Shown: positions 49,008 to 57,657 of the stretch, piece by piece
Layout: each line of letters begins with the position of its first letter
Numbering within the stretch: position 1 is the first letter of the stretch
From: a virus
Reading direction: 5' to 3' (one strand)
Length of the DNA: 64,000 nucleotides
IMG/VR virus record: IMGVR_UViG_3300019752_000001
Made by a program: the position numbers and the translations under genes
Notes under the pieces: generated by a model
Databases searched by the model: none
What the model was told of the DNA's origin: nothing
Seen by the model: only the letters and a program-made list of their open reading frames with translations

Positions 49008-51515
49008 TTAGATCAGGATAAACACACGTGCAAATACCTGCTGAATAGCACCTGAGTAAGTAAACTCAACAACCACATCCCGCAGTGTACGGTTTGCAAT
49101 GTCATTGTCAGGGATCTCACTACGTGCTGGAATCCTCACTACGGCTGCATCTACTCCGTCTTGTGGAGTGAGTATTGCATTACGACGGATGGCTACGTTA
49201 ATAACCTGACCGTAAATTACTTGACGGATTTGTTCAAATCCTGTATCTCCGAAAACCACTTTTCGTCCCAGATCACTCTCTCTTTTAAGCAGACCAAACA
49301 CAGCCTCTGCAATTCGAGCTTTCATCCACAGACCAAACCTCACATCATCGAAGAACAGACCACTCTGGTTAACACCATTGTCGTAAACAGCTACTCCATT
49401 TACTAAAGGATAGATGTTAGAGTTTTTACCTTGAATACGGTTTTGCTCAGTAGAACTAAACTCTGTAACGCTGACACCAGGCATACTCTTGAACGCTAGG
49501 ATACTTTCACCAGGGTTGATTGATGCAATAGCCCCGATAACTCCACCTTCAGCTTGTTCCTCAAGTCGCTCATCAGGAACTGTCAATGTGTGTGTGTTGT
49601 CTAGTTGTGCATTCATCAACTGACTAGCAATATCATCATCTGCAGTAGAGGCTACAGTAGATGCAGGGATAGTGGTGATGTACATTTTATCATTTGCTTG
49701 AGCATAACGACCAAGAGCAAGCTGTGTAGTTGGAGTTTTATCTTCAGCTGACAAGAAGAACCAAGAGTCATCTTCACCAGCTGCCTCTGCAAGAGCTTCC
49801 TCTGTAGTTTCAGCTCCTATGACAGTGTTCATCAGGTTATCTGTGAGAGAGGATAGAGACACATCCTGATTCAGGTTTGGTGTAATACTTAGAACATTTC
49901 CATCTACACCAGCTACAAGCGCTGTATTAAACACACCTGAGTTATTGATCTGATCAGACAGTCCTTGCAAGATCTCTGTGACAGTTGGTGTGGTATCTGA
50001 TGTATACTCAATAGTCTGAGATACAGATGCTGAGGTTGCTTCTAAGTCGAAAGCGTATCGTACACCACCCCCTCCTGTTGTAGGGTCTACCACAAACTTA
50101 TCAAAAGAGCTTGAAAGGTTTGAAGAAACGTTAGTGATGTTTACCGTAGTACCTCCTGTCGGGTCAATAAGTAATTGCCCTCCTGAAACACTGGCTGTAA
50201 CAACTCCCAATAAGGCAGCAGTTCCTGTAATATCTGCTGCAAGGGCATCAAGGATTTCTGATTCAGGGGTGAAATTTGTGCCTGTTGCAGAGATAGTTGA
50301 AGTAATCCCTTCAGAACTTATGTCAAAGGAGAAGGTTGATGGACTGTCAACCAAGTTCAACAAGTAATATCCGTTATAACCTTGCGCTCCTAGATCTACA
50401 GAAGAAACAGAAACTTGGGTAGTTCCATCAATAGGTTTTATCAACAACCTTAGAGCTGTAGCTCCAGTGGCTGTTGACCTCTCTCCTACCAATTTACCAG
50501 TGTAATCTGGGTCATTGTTTATTTGTGAAGTTATACTAGCTATATCTCCTGTGAAAGTTTTTTGGGCTACCCCTGAAACATCGAGAGTTACTGATAGGCT
50601 CGTACCAGCAAAAGTAGAGGTAATTACAGAACCACTAACATAGGTTACATCTATATTAGGACTACCAGTTAATTCATCACCAGCCAATGTGACTACAGTA
50701 CCATCAGCGTTAGTCCCTATGCGTTGCTCAAATACATAAGCAAAACCATCTGAAGGTGTTATAACTTCAGTCAACCCACTATTTACATCTTCAACCTCAT
50801 AAATAGCTGGAATGTTACTACCTGAGAGAGGCCAAGTAGTCTGCAGTGCAGCTAGTAACCCTGTTTCTACTTCTAATTTAGTAGGTGTGGTATCTGAAGT
50901 AAACGTAGATGTAGTACTATCGAAAGTTATAGAGTAGTCTTGGGCACCAACCCCAGAGGTCACATCAATAGAAAACTGATTAATATTCCCTTGCAAGTTT
51001 GCTGACAAACCTGTTACAGTTACTACGTTGTTTCCTTGAGGTGTGATTTCAAGATTGTCATTAACATTAGCAGCTACTACAACACCTGTTAACAGGCTAT
51101 TGCCTGTAATAGCTGCCACCAATCCATCTACAACAGCTTGTTCGCTAGTAAGCTCTGTACCTGTGAATGTGATAGTCTGAGGCGCTACACCTACAGCGAT
51201 AATAGTGAGGAAATACTCAACACTACCTGGCAATACACTTACCTCAAACCGTGTAAAACTCTTCTTACCAATCATTACAGTTTGAGGACGGAATGTACCA
51301 GAGAATACATTTGTAGCAAACCGTACAGCTGCTGACGTAGGACTCCAACCATCACCAGTCATCTCATCTACATCATTATATGTACGGATACGCTCATTAG
51401 CATCAAACAGGTTTGTTTCAGTTAGGAATAATGGGGTGTTAAAATTTGCTGTATCAATTGGACGAGTAGCCCGGCTGACAATAACGTCAACATATTTACG
51501 AATATTAGTTGTCAT
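49008..51515 (-). CDS. contractile tail sheath protein (DUF3383-like) with inserted repeat domains
   Basis: N-term F..PL...ER...Y; C-term PG...AFK..PGV, G.F.D...WM, Y.GAI. Confidence 0.88.
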   Translation of the reverse strand: MTTNIRKYVDVIVSRATRPIDTANFNTPLFLTETNLFDANERIRTYNDVDEMTGDGWSPTSAAVRFATNVFSGTFRPQTVMIGKKSFTRFEVSVLPGSVEYFLTIIAVGVAPQTITFTGTELTSEQAVVDGLVAAITGNSLLTGVVVAANVNDNLEITPQGNNVVTVTGLSANLQGNINQFSIDVTSGVGAQDYSITFDSTTSTFTSDTTPTKLEVETGLLAALQTTWPLSGSNIPAIYEVEDVNSGLTEVITPSDGFAYVFEQRIGTNADGTVVTLAGDELTGSPNIDVTYVSGSVITSTFAGTSLSVTLDVSGVAQKTFTGDIASITSQINNDPDYTGKLVGERSTATGATALRLLIKPIDGTTQVSVSSVDLGAQGYNGYYLLNLVDSPSTFSFDISSEGITSTISATGTNFTPESEILDALAADITGTAALLGVVTASVSGGQLLIDPTGGTTVNITNVSSNLSSSFDKFVVDPTTGGGGVRYAFDLEATSASVSQTIEYTSDTTPTVTEILQGLSDQINNSGVFNTALVAGVDGNVLSITPNLNQDVSLSSLTDNLMNTVIGAETTEEALAEAAGEDDSWFFLSAEDKTPTTQLALGRYAQANDKMYITTIPASTVASTADDDIASQLMNAQLDNTHTLTVPDERLEEQAEGGVIGAIASINPGESILAFKSMPGVSVTEFSSTEQNRIQGKNSNIYPLVNGVAVYDNGVNQSGLFFDDVRFGLWMKARIAEAVFGLLKRESDLGRKVVFGDTGFEQIRQVIYGQVINVAIRRNAILTPQDGVDAAVVRIPARSEIPDNDIANRTLRDVVVEFTYSGAIQQVFARVFILI

Positions 51516-51548
51516 TCGATTTTGGTTTCCTTGTGTTTTATTTTATTA

Positions 51549-52214
51549 TTATGGAGGAGCTGGAATAATTGGATCTGAAGGATCACGTGGAGGGTAACTA
51601 ACAATCTCATCTTCACAAGTTATTGTTGTGCTTCCGTCATGTCCTGTTGTATCGAATATAACTGTCTGAATAAACCCGTCAATATCCTGGTCAAATGGTT
51701 CATCTGTCCTGACATCTTCTATGATCATGTGGAATGTCATAGTCCCTACAGAGCGTTGTTCCCAATTCACCCCATCAAGAGGTACAGGACGATCTTCTAC
51801 TACAGAGTTTTTATGATGACCTGCACCATTCTGCCAGAAGTATTTATATGCAACCCCTTTATTCTCAATCCTATGCATAATTGCCGAGATAACATCTTGA
51901 GGTAGGATAGGGATTATCAGGGAAGGGTCTGGAGCAGCCTTATCGTAAAACTCTTTATAGCAGCTTACTTCTACATCAATTATATAGTTAAGAGAATAAA
52001 TTGAGTTACCCTCAGAATCAAACCGTCTAAAACTTCCTCTATCCATGGGGTTTGTTATTCGTGGTCTATATGTTACATATTGCTCCTTTGGTCTAGCGAA
52101 GTTAGTCATTGCATAATAAACTCTATCATGACCAACAACACTTTTAACAAACTCTTGAAAGTTTATAGAGAAATCATAAAAAGCTTCTCCCTGTGAGGTT
52201 TGCTTTAATGTCAT
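51549..52214 (-). CDS. tail terminator / completion protein
   Basis: synteny upstream of sheath. Confidence 0.6.
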   Translation of the reverse strand: MTLKQTSQGEAFYDFSINFQEFVKSVVGHDRVYYAMTNFARPKEQYVTYRPRITNPMDRGSFRRFDSEGNSIYSLNYIIDVEVSCYKEFYDKAAPDPSLIIPILPQDVISAIMHRIENKGVAYKYFWQNGAGHHKNSVVEDRPVPLDGVNWEQRSVGTMTFHMIIEDVRTDEPFDQDIDGFIQTVIFDTTGHDGSTTITCEDEIVSYPPRDPSDPIIPAPP

Positions 52215-52240
52215 AGTCTCTCCTTATATTTGTTTCCCTC

Positions 52241-52657
52241 TTATTGATCATTCTTACGTACAACTAAAAGGTGATAATGTGGAACTACCTGGTTTCTCCA
52301 CGCCTTCCTCTGCATCACAATGAACCAGCCAGGGTCTGATGCAAGCTCTCCTGAAGAAATCCCCATATCCAGGAACACCTCATCAGGATTTGAATTAGTT
52401 CCTTCTATTGCAGGGTTTGCATTAGTCGCTGTGAAGATGTTGTAAGCTTCAACCTCTTTATAACCCTCTCCAAGTGTTTCTAGTTCTTCACCAGAAGCTG
52501 GCTGAATAGTGCAGGCCTTTAAGGTGAACTCATTAAACTCAACCATATCATCAGAAGAATAACCATTAGGAAGGAATTGCTGAGTAACTGTACGAGCTGT
52601 TAAGTTTAACCTGGGTAATGCACTCCTTGTTGTTCTTGTCCAACGTCTTACTGCCAT
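52241..52657 (-). CDS. head closure protein
   Basis: IQP.SG.EL..L.EG motif; synteny. Confidence 0.65.
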   Translation of the reverse strand: MAVRRWTRTTRSALPRLNLTARTVTQQFLPNGYSSDDMVEFNEFTLKACTIQPASGEELETLGEGYKEVEAYNIFTATNANPAIEGTNSNPDEVFLDMGISSGELASDPGWFIVMQRKAWRNQVVPHYHLLVVRKNDQ

Positions 52658-52701
52658 GTATACTTAGTCTCCTTGTTGATGTATCTATTATAATACTCTC
52701 G

Positions 52702-53154
52702 TTAACTGTCTTTTCCTGTCTTACTCCAACGCCTAACACTTTGAACCATTTCTAATGTGTCTAGTAGAGGCGTAGGGTTGTTGGTTACAACATAGTTGCC
52801 AGAGGTTATAGAGTAAGGTATGTTGTCAGCTATACGCCATGACAACTTGTTTAGAAGAGGACGGAGAGGCTTCTTGTTGTACAGGTGTTGCTCAATAAGA
52901 TCAGCTCTATCCTTGAGAGTTATGTGATCTCTGTCATGCTGAGCAGCCTGTGTCATAAATGGACGAGGAACAATATACTTAGTTCCGTGCTCATGGATGT
53001 ATGCGATAGTTGCCATCCCTGTACCAGAGTCAGCATGTTTATCAATATCATCAAACCCTGCTGAGGCTTCTGCACCATCGATGTTCTTAAGCTTCTTCAT
53101 GAAGTTTGTGAGGTTGTTCTTTGATGTCACCTTGTTTGTAAACTTAGGACACAT
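52702..53154 (-). CDS. neck / tail completion protein
   Basis: A.IA..HE.G...I.PRPF...PL.DT. Confidence 0.75.
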   Translation of the reverse strand: MCPKFTNKVTSKNNLTNFMKKLKNIDGAEASAGFDDIDKHADSGTGMATIAYIHEHGTKYIVPRPFMTQAAQHDRDHITLKDRADLIEQHLYNKKPLRPLLNKLSWRIADNIPYSITSGNYVVTNNPTPLLDTLEMVQSVRRWSKTGKDS

Positions 53155-53155
53155 A

Positions 53156-53662
53156 TTAGAAGCTCCCTACACCACGAAGCCTAAACCCTCTGTCTCGTGC
53201 GTTACGATTACCTCGTGTACCTACAGCACGGCTACCACCACCAATATTGGAGTTAGTGTCCCTGAACAGGTAGTTCTGCTGATAACCTGGGCCAACACTT
53301 TCAAGGTCATCCTCCACTCTAACAACTTCTGTACGGACAACACCACCAATAATAATATTAGCTGAACGTGAAGCAAACTCTTTCTCAAGTTCATCAATAA
53401 GATCTTTCAGGTTATCAAATAATTGATTACCATAAACCTCAATTAGTCCTTCTCGTTCACGTACATACTGAGCAGACCTAGCCATAATGGTTCTAGCAGC
53501 CGCCAACGTAGCAATACCCTCATCATTCCCGTTAGCAGATAGCAAGTATTCCAGCTCAGCGTCTTTTAAAAACTCCTCTTCCTCATTATCCCAGACATCT
53601 TGAAGTCTAAACCTGATACGGTAGATGGGGACAGACATTAATAAGTTAGGATCATAAGACAT
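53156..53662 (-). CDS. head-tail adaptor
   Basis: R..L.D...FL.D.E..Y.L; start moved to MSYDP after GGAGG. Confidence 0.7.
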   Translation of the reverse strand: MSYDPNLLMSVPIYRIRFRLQDVWDNEEEEFLKDAELEYLLSANGNDEGIATLAAARTIMARSAQYVREREGLIEVYGNQLFDNLKDLIDELEKEFASRSANIIIGGVVRTEVVRVEDDLESVGPGYQQNYLFRDTNSNIGGGSRAVGTRGNRNARDRGFRLRGVGSF

Positions 53663-53663
53663 A

Positions 53664-54032
53664 TTACAAGCCTCCTCCTTTCCATCTGGCTGGACCATTT
53701 GTACGAGAGTCGATATGTACAAAGGTTTTGTATAGTCCGAAACCGTATTGGTCTGGATACTGATTGCAAAGGTAGTTGTATAACCCCTCAGGATCTAGTG
53801 TAGGAAGATCCATAGCACGACCTTTAAGGTGTTGAGAGTGCTTTGTACCCTTCTCAGCTGCGTTGTGAACTGCGCAACGAGCACCAGAGGTAGGTTTGAT
53901 AGGGTGACGTACAAAGTCCCTGCATTCATCAGCTAGAGCCAGTGTAACCCCATCCATTGTGTCAAACCCGCAGCCACACTTACAGGCTACTTCGTGACGA
54001 TAGAAATGTTTACTAATTTTTTCTTTAGGCAT
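53664..54032 (-). CDS. endolysin, M15 family peptidase
   Basis: CKCGCG, SG.RC..HN, SQH..G.A.D, FVHID. Confidence 0.88.
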   Translation of the reverse strand: MPKEKISKHFYRHEVACKCGCGFDTMDGVTLALADECRDFVRHPIKPTSGARCAVHNAAEKGTKHSQHLKGRAMDLPTLDPEGLYNYLCNQYPDQYGFGLYKTFVHIDSRTNGPARWKGGGL

Positions 54033-54249
54033 AATTTTCCCTTCATTGTTATAAAGCCTGAGAAACAAGCCTTATAAGGATGAAAAGTGATGAATAGAAA
54101 AGGTAATGTTATGATGTAAAGTTATAATACGTAAGATACGAAAATGCCCAAGCTCCTACGTAGAGGGGAGGCTACGAAGAGGCTTGGGTCTTATTTAAGT
54201 ATTACTACTTGTTAATACTTGCATATAAATATACTTGTATAAATACCCT

Positions 54250-54338
54250 TAGCAGCCTCATGGTGAATCGAACACCTCCGCTCCATCCGTCTGCTGTAAT
54301 GCGACAGGCTTAGAAGGCCCGTGACGGAAAATGAGGCT
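54250..54338 (-). ncRNA. non-canonical tRNA-like RNA, anticodon UCU (Arg), D-arm absent
   Basis: AGCCTCAT/ATGAGGCT acceptor, GGTG-TTCGATT-CACC T arm, CGGGC-CTTCTAA-GCCTG anticodon arm; ends G-CTA. Confidence 0.7.
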
Positions 54339-54458
54339 GCTAAAAATACTTACAAAAATACTTAGTGTTGTTTATTTAATAATGAAGACTGGAAGATGAA
54401 TATCTACACCTTATACATGTGTAGTGGGATCTTTACACAATCTTCATTGTTAAATATT

Positions 54459-54546
54459 TGGAGGCCCTACGGTGAATCGAACACCTTGACATCCTTCCCT
54501 CTGTTTTGTGTCGCAAGCTTAGGAGGCTTGTGAGGGGAGTAGGGCC
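54459..54546 (-). ncRNA. non-canonical tRNA-like RNA, anticodon CCU (Arg), D-arm absent
   Basis: GGCCCTAC/GTAGGGCC-T-CCA acceptor, identical T arm, CAAGC-CTCCTAA-GCTTG anticodon arm. Confidence 0.75.
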
Positions 54547-54550
54547 TTGT

Positions 54551-54624
54551 TGGAGCAGGCGACGAGAATCGAACTCGCATCTTCTGGTTGGAAGCCAGAA
54601 ATTCTACCATTAAACTACACCTGC
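54551..54624 (-). tRNA. tRNA-Gly(TCC)
   Basis: GCAGGTG/CGCCTGC-T-CCA; TCTGG-CTTCCAA-CCAGA; GTTCGATT. Confidence 0.95.
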
Positions 54625-54625
54625 T

Positions 54626-54700
54626 TGGTGCCTCCGACTGGTAACGATCCAGAGTCTTCCCGGTTATGAGCCAGGCCGCTTTACCTTAAGCTACAAAGGC
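54626..54700 (-). tRNA. tRNA with CAT anticodon (Met or Ile2)
   Basis: GCCTTTG/CGGAGGC-A-CCA; CCTGG-CTCATAA-CCGGG; atypical T loop ATCGTTA. Confidence 0.85.
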
Positions 54701-54709
54701 TACTTCTTA

Positions 54710-54955
54710 TTACACTACTTCAGTAAACTCCAAAGTCCCTTTCTCAAGATCCTGCTTAGTTTCTCTTAGTAGGTGAGATGATATTGTAGATCTTACCACA
54801 TCAACCTTTACTATTTCAACAAGTTTATCAGGATTGTTTTCAACCTCTTCATAGAATAGATCCAGCATCTCTACAGAGGCATATTCAGCTGCTTGTTTAA
54901 AGACTACTGTCTGTCCCACTCTTAGCTCGAAACAGGATTTAACTCCATCCCTCAA
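54710..54955 (-). CDS. hypothetical protein
   Basis: ORF track. Confidence 0.55.
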   Translation of the reverse strand: MRDGVKSCFELRVGQTVVFKQAAEYASVEMLDLFYEEVENNPDKLVEIVKVDVVRSTISSHLLRETKQDLEKGTLEFTEVV

Positions 54956-55094
54956 GAGAAGACCTCACCACCTTTATTATACTTCTTCTCAAGGTATGTT
55001 ACAGCCTCTGTGTGTCCATTCTTCAATAACACTTCCTTCCACAAATCGCGCATACCTGTTAGTAACATTTCAGCTTTCTCGTATTCAGAGTTTT

Positions 55095-55277
55095 TCATAA
55101 CACCTGTTCCTTGTTACTGATTATAAACTTACGTTTGTCTTCTCTTGACAACCCACAAGGAATCGAGATAGTAGACTCGCTATTTAGCTTAGCCTCCACT
55201 ACAACCTCGATAGCTCGCTCAAGACCTATGATGTCTACAGCTTCCTTCAAAACTTCACTTAGTTTTTGGTATATCAT
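55095..55277 (-). CDS. hypothetical protein
   Basis: ORF track; GAGG RBS. Confidence 0.6.
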   Translation of the reverse strand: MIYQKLSEVLKEAVDIIGLERAIEVVVEAKLNSESTISIPCGLSREDKRKFIISNKEQVL

Positions 55278-55332
55278 AGTCTACCTCAAATTCATTAAAC
55301 ATTTGTTCTCTCCAGTAAATTCCTAGAACGCC

Positions 55333-55364
55333 ATATAACAACGCGCTTAGCGCAAAGGTTATGC
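55333..55364 (+). other. collapsed attC A
   Basis: ATATAAC-aacgcgcttagcgcaaag-GTTATGC. Confidence 0.55.
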
Positions 55365-55664
55365 GAATGCGCTTTGAGCCTTTCCGCGTAGGCGCATAAT
55401 TAATGTGTCATCCATATAGTCGTAATCATCAGGTATATTCCATACCTGCATTTTATGACTATACCCTTTATATTTTCTTCTCAGTTTGCTTCTATGGTGG
55501 TTCTCCATGCAAACAATTATGTCAGCCCAATCCATCTGCTCTTTAGTTATAGGTCTATCTGCATCTCTGTCGGTGCCAGCATAATCCTTTTCAAATCCCC
55601 CTAGACTTTGCGCTGCCGTTTTACTCCTAAGTCTAGCCATACTACATATAAATAAGACTCTCAT
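55359..55664 (-). CDS. LMW protein-tyrosine-phosphatase-like protein (cassette 1)
   Basis: LFICSMARLRS P-loop, WADII.CME, IPDDY; start and stop lie inside the attC core sites. Confidence 0.85.
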   Translation of the reverse strand: MRVLFICSMARLRSKTAAQSLGGFEKDYAGTDRDADRPITKEQMDWADIIVCMENHHRSKLRRKYKGYSHKMQVWNIPDDYDYMDDTLIMRLRGKAQSAFA

Positions 55665-55722
55665 AACAATTCAATCAAAGCGGAACTCCGCTTAGCTCCG
55701 TCCGTTTATCTCTGGGTTATAC
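55661..55722 (+). other. attC site B (62 bp)
   Basis: TCATAAC...AATCAAAGCGGA...TCCGTTTATC...GTTATAC, two unpaired bases on the left arm. Confidence 0.75.
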
Positions 55723-55753
55723 CTCTCAACTCTCGTACCTAGGAGGTACAACT

Positions 55754-55859
55754 ATGGATCAGCACCAACTAAAAAGATTTACTTAACCTGCACCTTAAAA
55801 AAAATCACCCAGAATATGAAGAATGGATGCAATTTGATGAGGTCGTCTCTGGCGACTAG
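55754..55859 (+). pseudogene. small cassette-2 ORF, frameshifted
   Basis: AGGAGG RBS, MDQHQLK[+1]DLLNLHLKKNHPEYEEWMQFDEVVSGD. Confidence 0.45.
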
Positions 55860-55864
55860 TCCTG

Positions 55865-56029
55865 CTACCTTACGGTGTAGTTAAGGGCTAAGTCTGTAGC
55901 CTCTTCTTGTGTGAGTCTCCCTTCCTTTACAGATTCGAGGAAGAACTCCTTCTTAGCCTTAGCTACACGTACCTTGTGCTCGTAATTTTCTATCAAGGAG
56001 TTAAAATGTTCTTCAATGAGGTTCGTCAT
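55865..56029 (-). CDS. 54-aa helical protein (cassette 2, reverse)
   Basis: manual read MTNLIEEHFNSLIENYEHK...; GGAG RBS. Confidence 0.55.
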   Translation of the reverse strand: MTNLIEEHFNSLIENYEHKVRVAKAKKEFFLESVKEGRLTQEEATDLALNYTVR

Positions 56030-56261
56030 TAATTATTCTCCATAATCCGTGTTATAAAAGTAAACCAAAGAGGTTATGACACACCTCGGCTTTATTAAAA
56101 ATGTTACAAGCTCTTTATCTAAATGTGCACTCCAGAACTTGACCATTCTGTGCACGATTCACTCAGTCCAGCAAGGAGGTGGGCAAGCACACAGTCTTAC
56201 TGAAATTCACCCTCTGGTGGTTGTGACTGGCAGACGCCATACAAACACTGGAGACGATTCC

Positions 56262-56417
56262 ATGATCGAATTGACCATTGTCTTACAGGTTGCCGGTAGT
56301 ATTGTCCCTGTAAGCTTGGTTCAGGTTGCAGTTGAAAATGCTGCTGCGATTAAGGATCTGGCCGCTGCCGCGTATTTGCTGTCCAAGGCAAATAAGATCT
56401 TTCGCAAGAAAACCTAA
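56262..56417 (+). CDS. 51-aa protein (cassette 3)
   Basis: GGAG RBS, MIELTIVLQVAG... Confidence 0.5.
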   Translation: MIELTIVLQVAGSIVPVSLVQVAVENAAAIKDLAAAAYLLSKANKIFRKKT

Positions 56418-56562
56418 CCAATAATTCTCTAAGCTTTTCTGAAGCTTCCAGAACCAAACTGATCAAATTGGAACATAGAAAATAAATCTCAAATTAGTAG
56501 CGTCTTACCCTCACATGACTGTTGAGTTTGGCGCTCACCAAATAGTTAGTACAACAAAGAGC

Positions 56563-56621
56563 TTATAACAAAGCAATCCAACCGGACTGCGCTTCGCTTG
56601 CCGCTGTTTGCGGCGTTATGT
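56563..56621 (+). other. attC site D (59 bp)
   Basis: TTATAAC-aaaGCAATCCAACCGG..gcgcttcgc..CCGCTGTTTGC-ggc-GTTATGT. Confidence 0.8.
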
Positions 56622-56664
56622 TTATCTAGTTCTATTCCTAACCGTTAAGAAAGGAGTTCTTATT

Positions 56665-56877
56665 ATGTCTGAATTAAACGTCTCTCTTGGAACTTACAAA
56701 TGTATCAAGTGCGGTAATGAAGAGTTCCCACTCTCCAGTGACTTCCAACTTAGTGACGAGGTTTCCTGCCTCAATTGTGGATTCACTGCTCGCTACGAAG
56801 AACTCAGGCAAGCCCACGTCGAGCAAACATTTGAAGAATCTGCGCAATTCGTTAGGGACTTCCTCAGAATTAAGTAG
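56665..56877 (+). CDS. small zinc-ribbon protein (cassette 4)
   Basis: AAGGAG RBS; CIKC...CLNC. Confidence 0.7.
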   Translation: MSELNVSLGTYKCIKCGNEEFPLSSDFQLSDEVSCLNCGFTARYEELRQAHVEQTFEESAQFVRDFLRIK

Positions 56878-56952
56878 CTCTTTTAGACGAGAAAGTTCTT
56901 TAGTGTAATCCTCTGTGTCGAAAAGAATTTTCCCTGTTCTTTGTTTTTCCAT
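56674..56952 (-). CDS. antisense ORF in cassette 4
   Basis: GAGG RBS, MEKQRTGK; overlaps the plus gene heavily. Confidence 0.35.
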   Translation of the reverse strand: MEKQRTGKILFDTEDYTKELSRLKELLNSEEVPNELRRFFKCLLDVGLPEFFVASSESTIEAGNLVTKLEVTGEWELFITALDTFVSSKRDV

Positions 56953-56989
56953 AAAAACCTCATACGGTGGATAGTTAGTCAATTTTAAA

Positions 56990-57008
56990 ACATAACAAAG
57001 TGTTACAT
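56990..57008 (+). other. collapsed attC E
   Basis: ACATAAC-aaagt-GTTACAT. Confidence 0.5.
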
Positions 57009-57074
57009 GTTCACCTGCACTCCTACAACCAAGCTGGAGCGCTCTTTAACACCAAGTCCAAGGAGGACTTATTT

Positions 57075-57296
57075 ATGTCTGATTACCACTTTAAACAGGG
57101 TTTTAACCCTAAATGCCTGTCTTGCGAAAAAGAGAATATCAAGATTTCTCTAAGCGAACACCTATACGGACCTTGCAATGGCCAGTACGAAGTTATTTAC
57201 TGTGGAGATTGTAAAACATTCTTAGGTGCCCACCCAATTGTAGTCAGTAATTTATTTAAAAACTTGCCTACAGATTTGGAAATTAATCACGGTTAA
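57075..57296 (+). CDS. small zinc-ribbon protein (cassette 5)
   Basis: AGGAGG RBS; CLSC...YCGDC. Confidence 0.7.
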   Translation: MSDYHFKQGFNPKCLSCEKENIKISLSEHLYGPCNGQYEVIYCGDCKTFLGAHPIVVSNLFKNLPTDLEINHG

Positions 57297-57495
57297 GTAG
57301 TGCAATCTTGATCTTTTCCTTTTCAATATTGAGATGGTGGATAATCTCTTCTATCATCTCAATCTGATACTGCCCGTTGGAAGAGAAAGTGTTGAGTCGC
57401 TTAACCTCGTCGCTGAGGTTATTAAAGGTCCATTCATTTTTCAAAAGTTTACTCACAATAAAATTACCCCATTCTAATTTGAATATACGAAACAT
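57283..57495 (-). CDS. reverse ORF in cassette 5
   Basis: ATG within the attC F core (GTTATG on minus); convergent with the plus gene. Confidence 0.45.
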   Translation of the reverse strand: MFRIFKLEWGNFIVSKLLKNEWTFNNLSDEVKRLNTFSSNGQYQIEMIEEIIHHLNIEKEKIKIALLNRD

Positions 57496-57565
57496 AACAA
57501 GCGTAAACACAGGACAAGCCTCATTCGCTACGCTCAATCGTTTGCCCGTGTTACGGGCGTTATTA
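57492..57565 (+). other. attC site F (74 bp)
   Basis: ACATAAC-aagCGTAAACAC...GTGTTACG-ggc-GTTATTA with an extra A in L''. Confidence 0.8.
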
Positions 57566-57657
57566 CTAGGTGCTTTATTTCTCATTAGTGCAATCAGCCA
57601 CCAACTCATTCAATTGTTTAGTTAGGACCGATAGAGCTATCTCCAACACTTTAATTA

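Larger units (their letters stand above)
55333..57565 (+). mobile_element. integron gene-cassette array without integrase (CALIN-like): 3 intact and 3 collapsed attC sites, 5 cassettes
   Basis: TAAC...GTTA-bounded imperfect inverted repeats with extrahelical bases; cassette start and end core sites are complementary. Confidence 0.75.

Noticed and set aside
54250-54546. Intron-containing tRNAs or decayed tRNA pseudogenes
   Set aside because: Anticodon loops are uninterrupted and both RNAs keep the same alternative helix with compensatory changes.
55333-57565. CRISPR array or REP/terminator repeats
   Set aside because: Units are non-identical, hundreds of bp apart, enclose ORFs and lack U-tracts; they fit attC structure instead.
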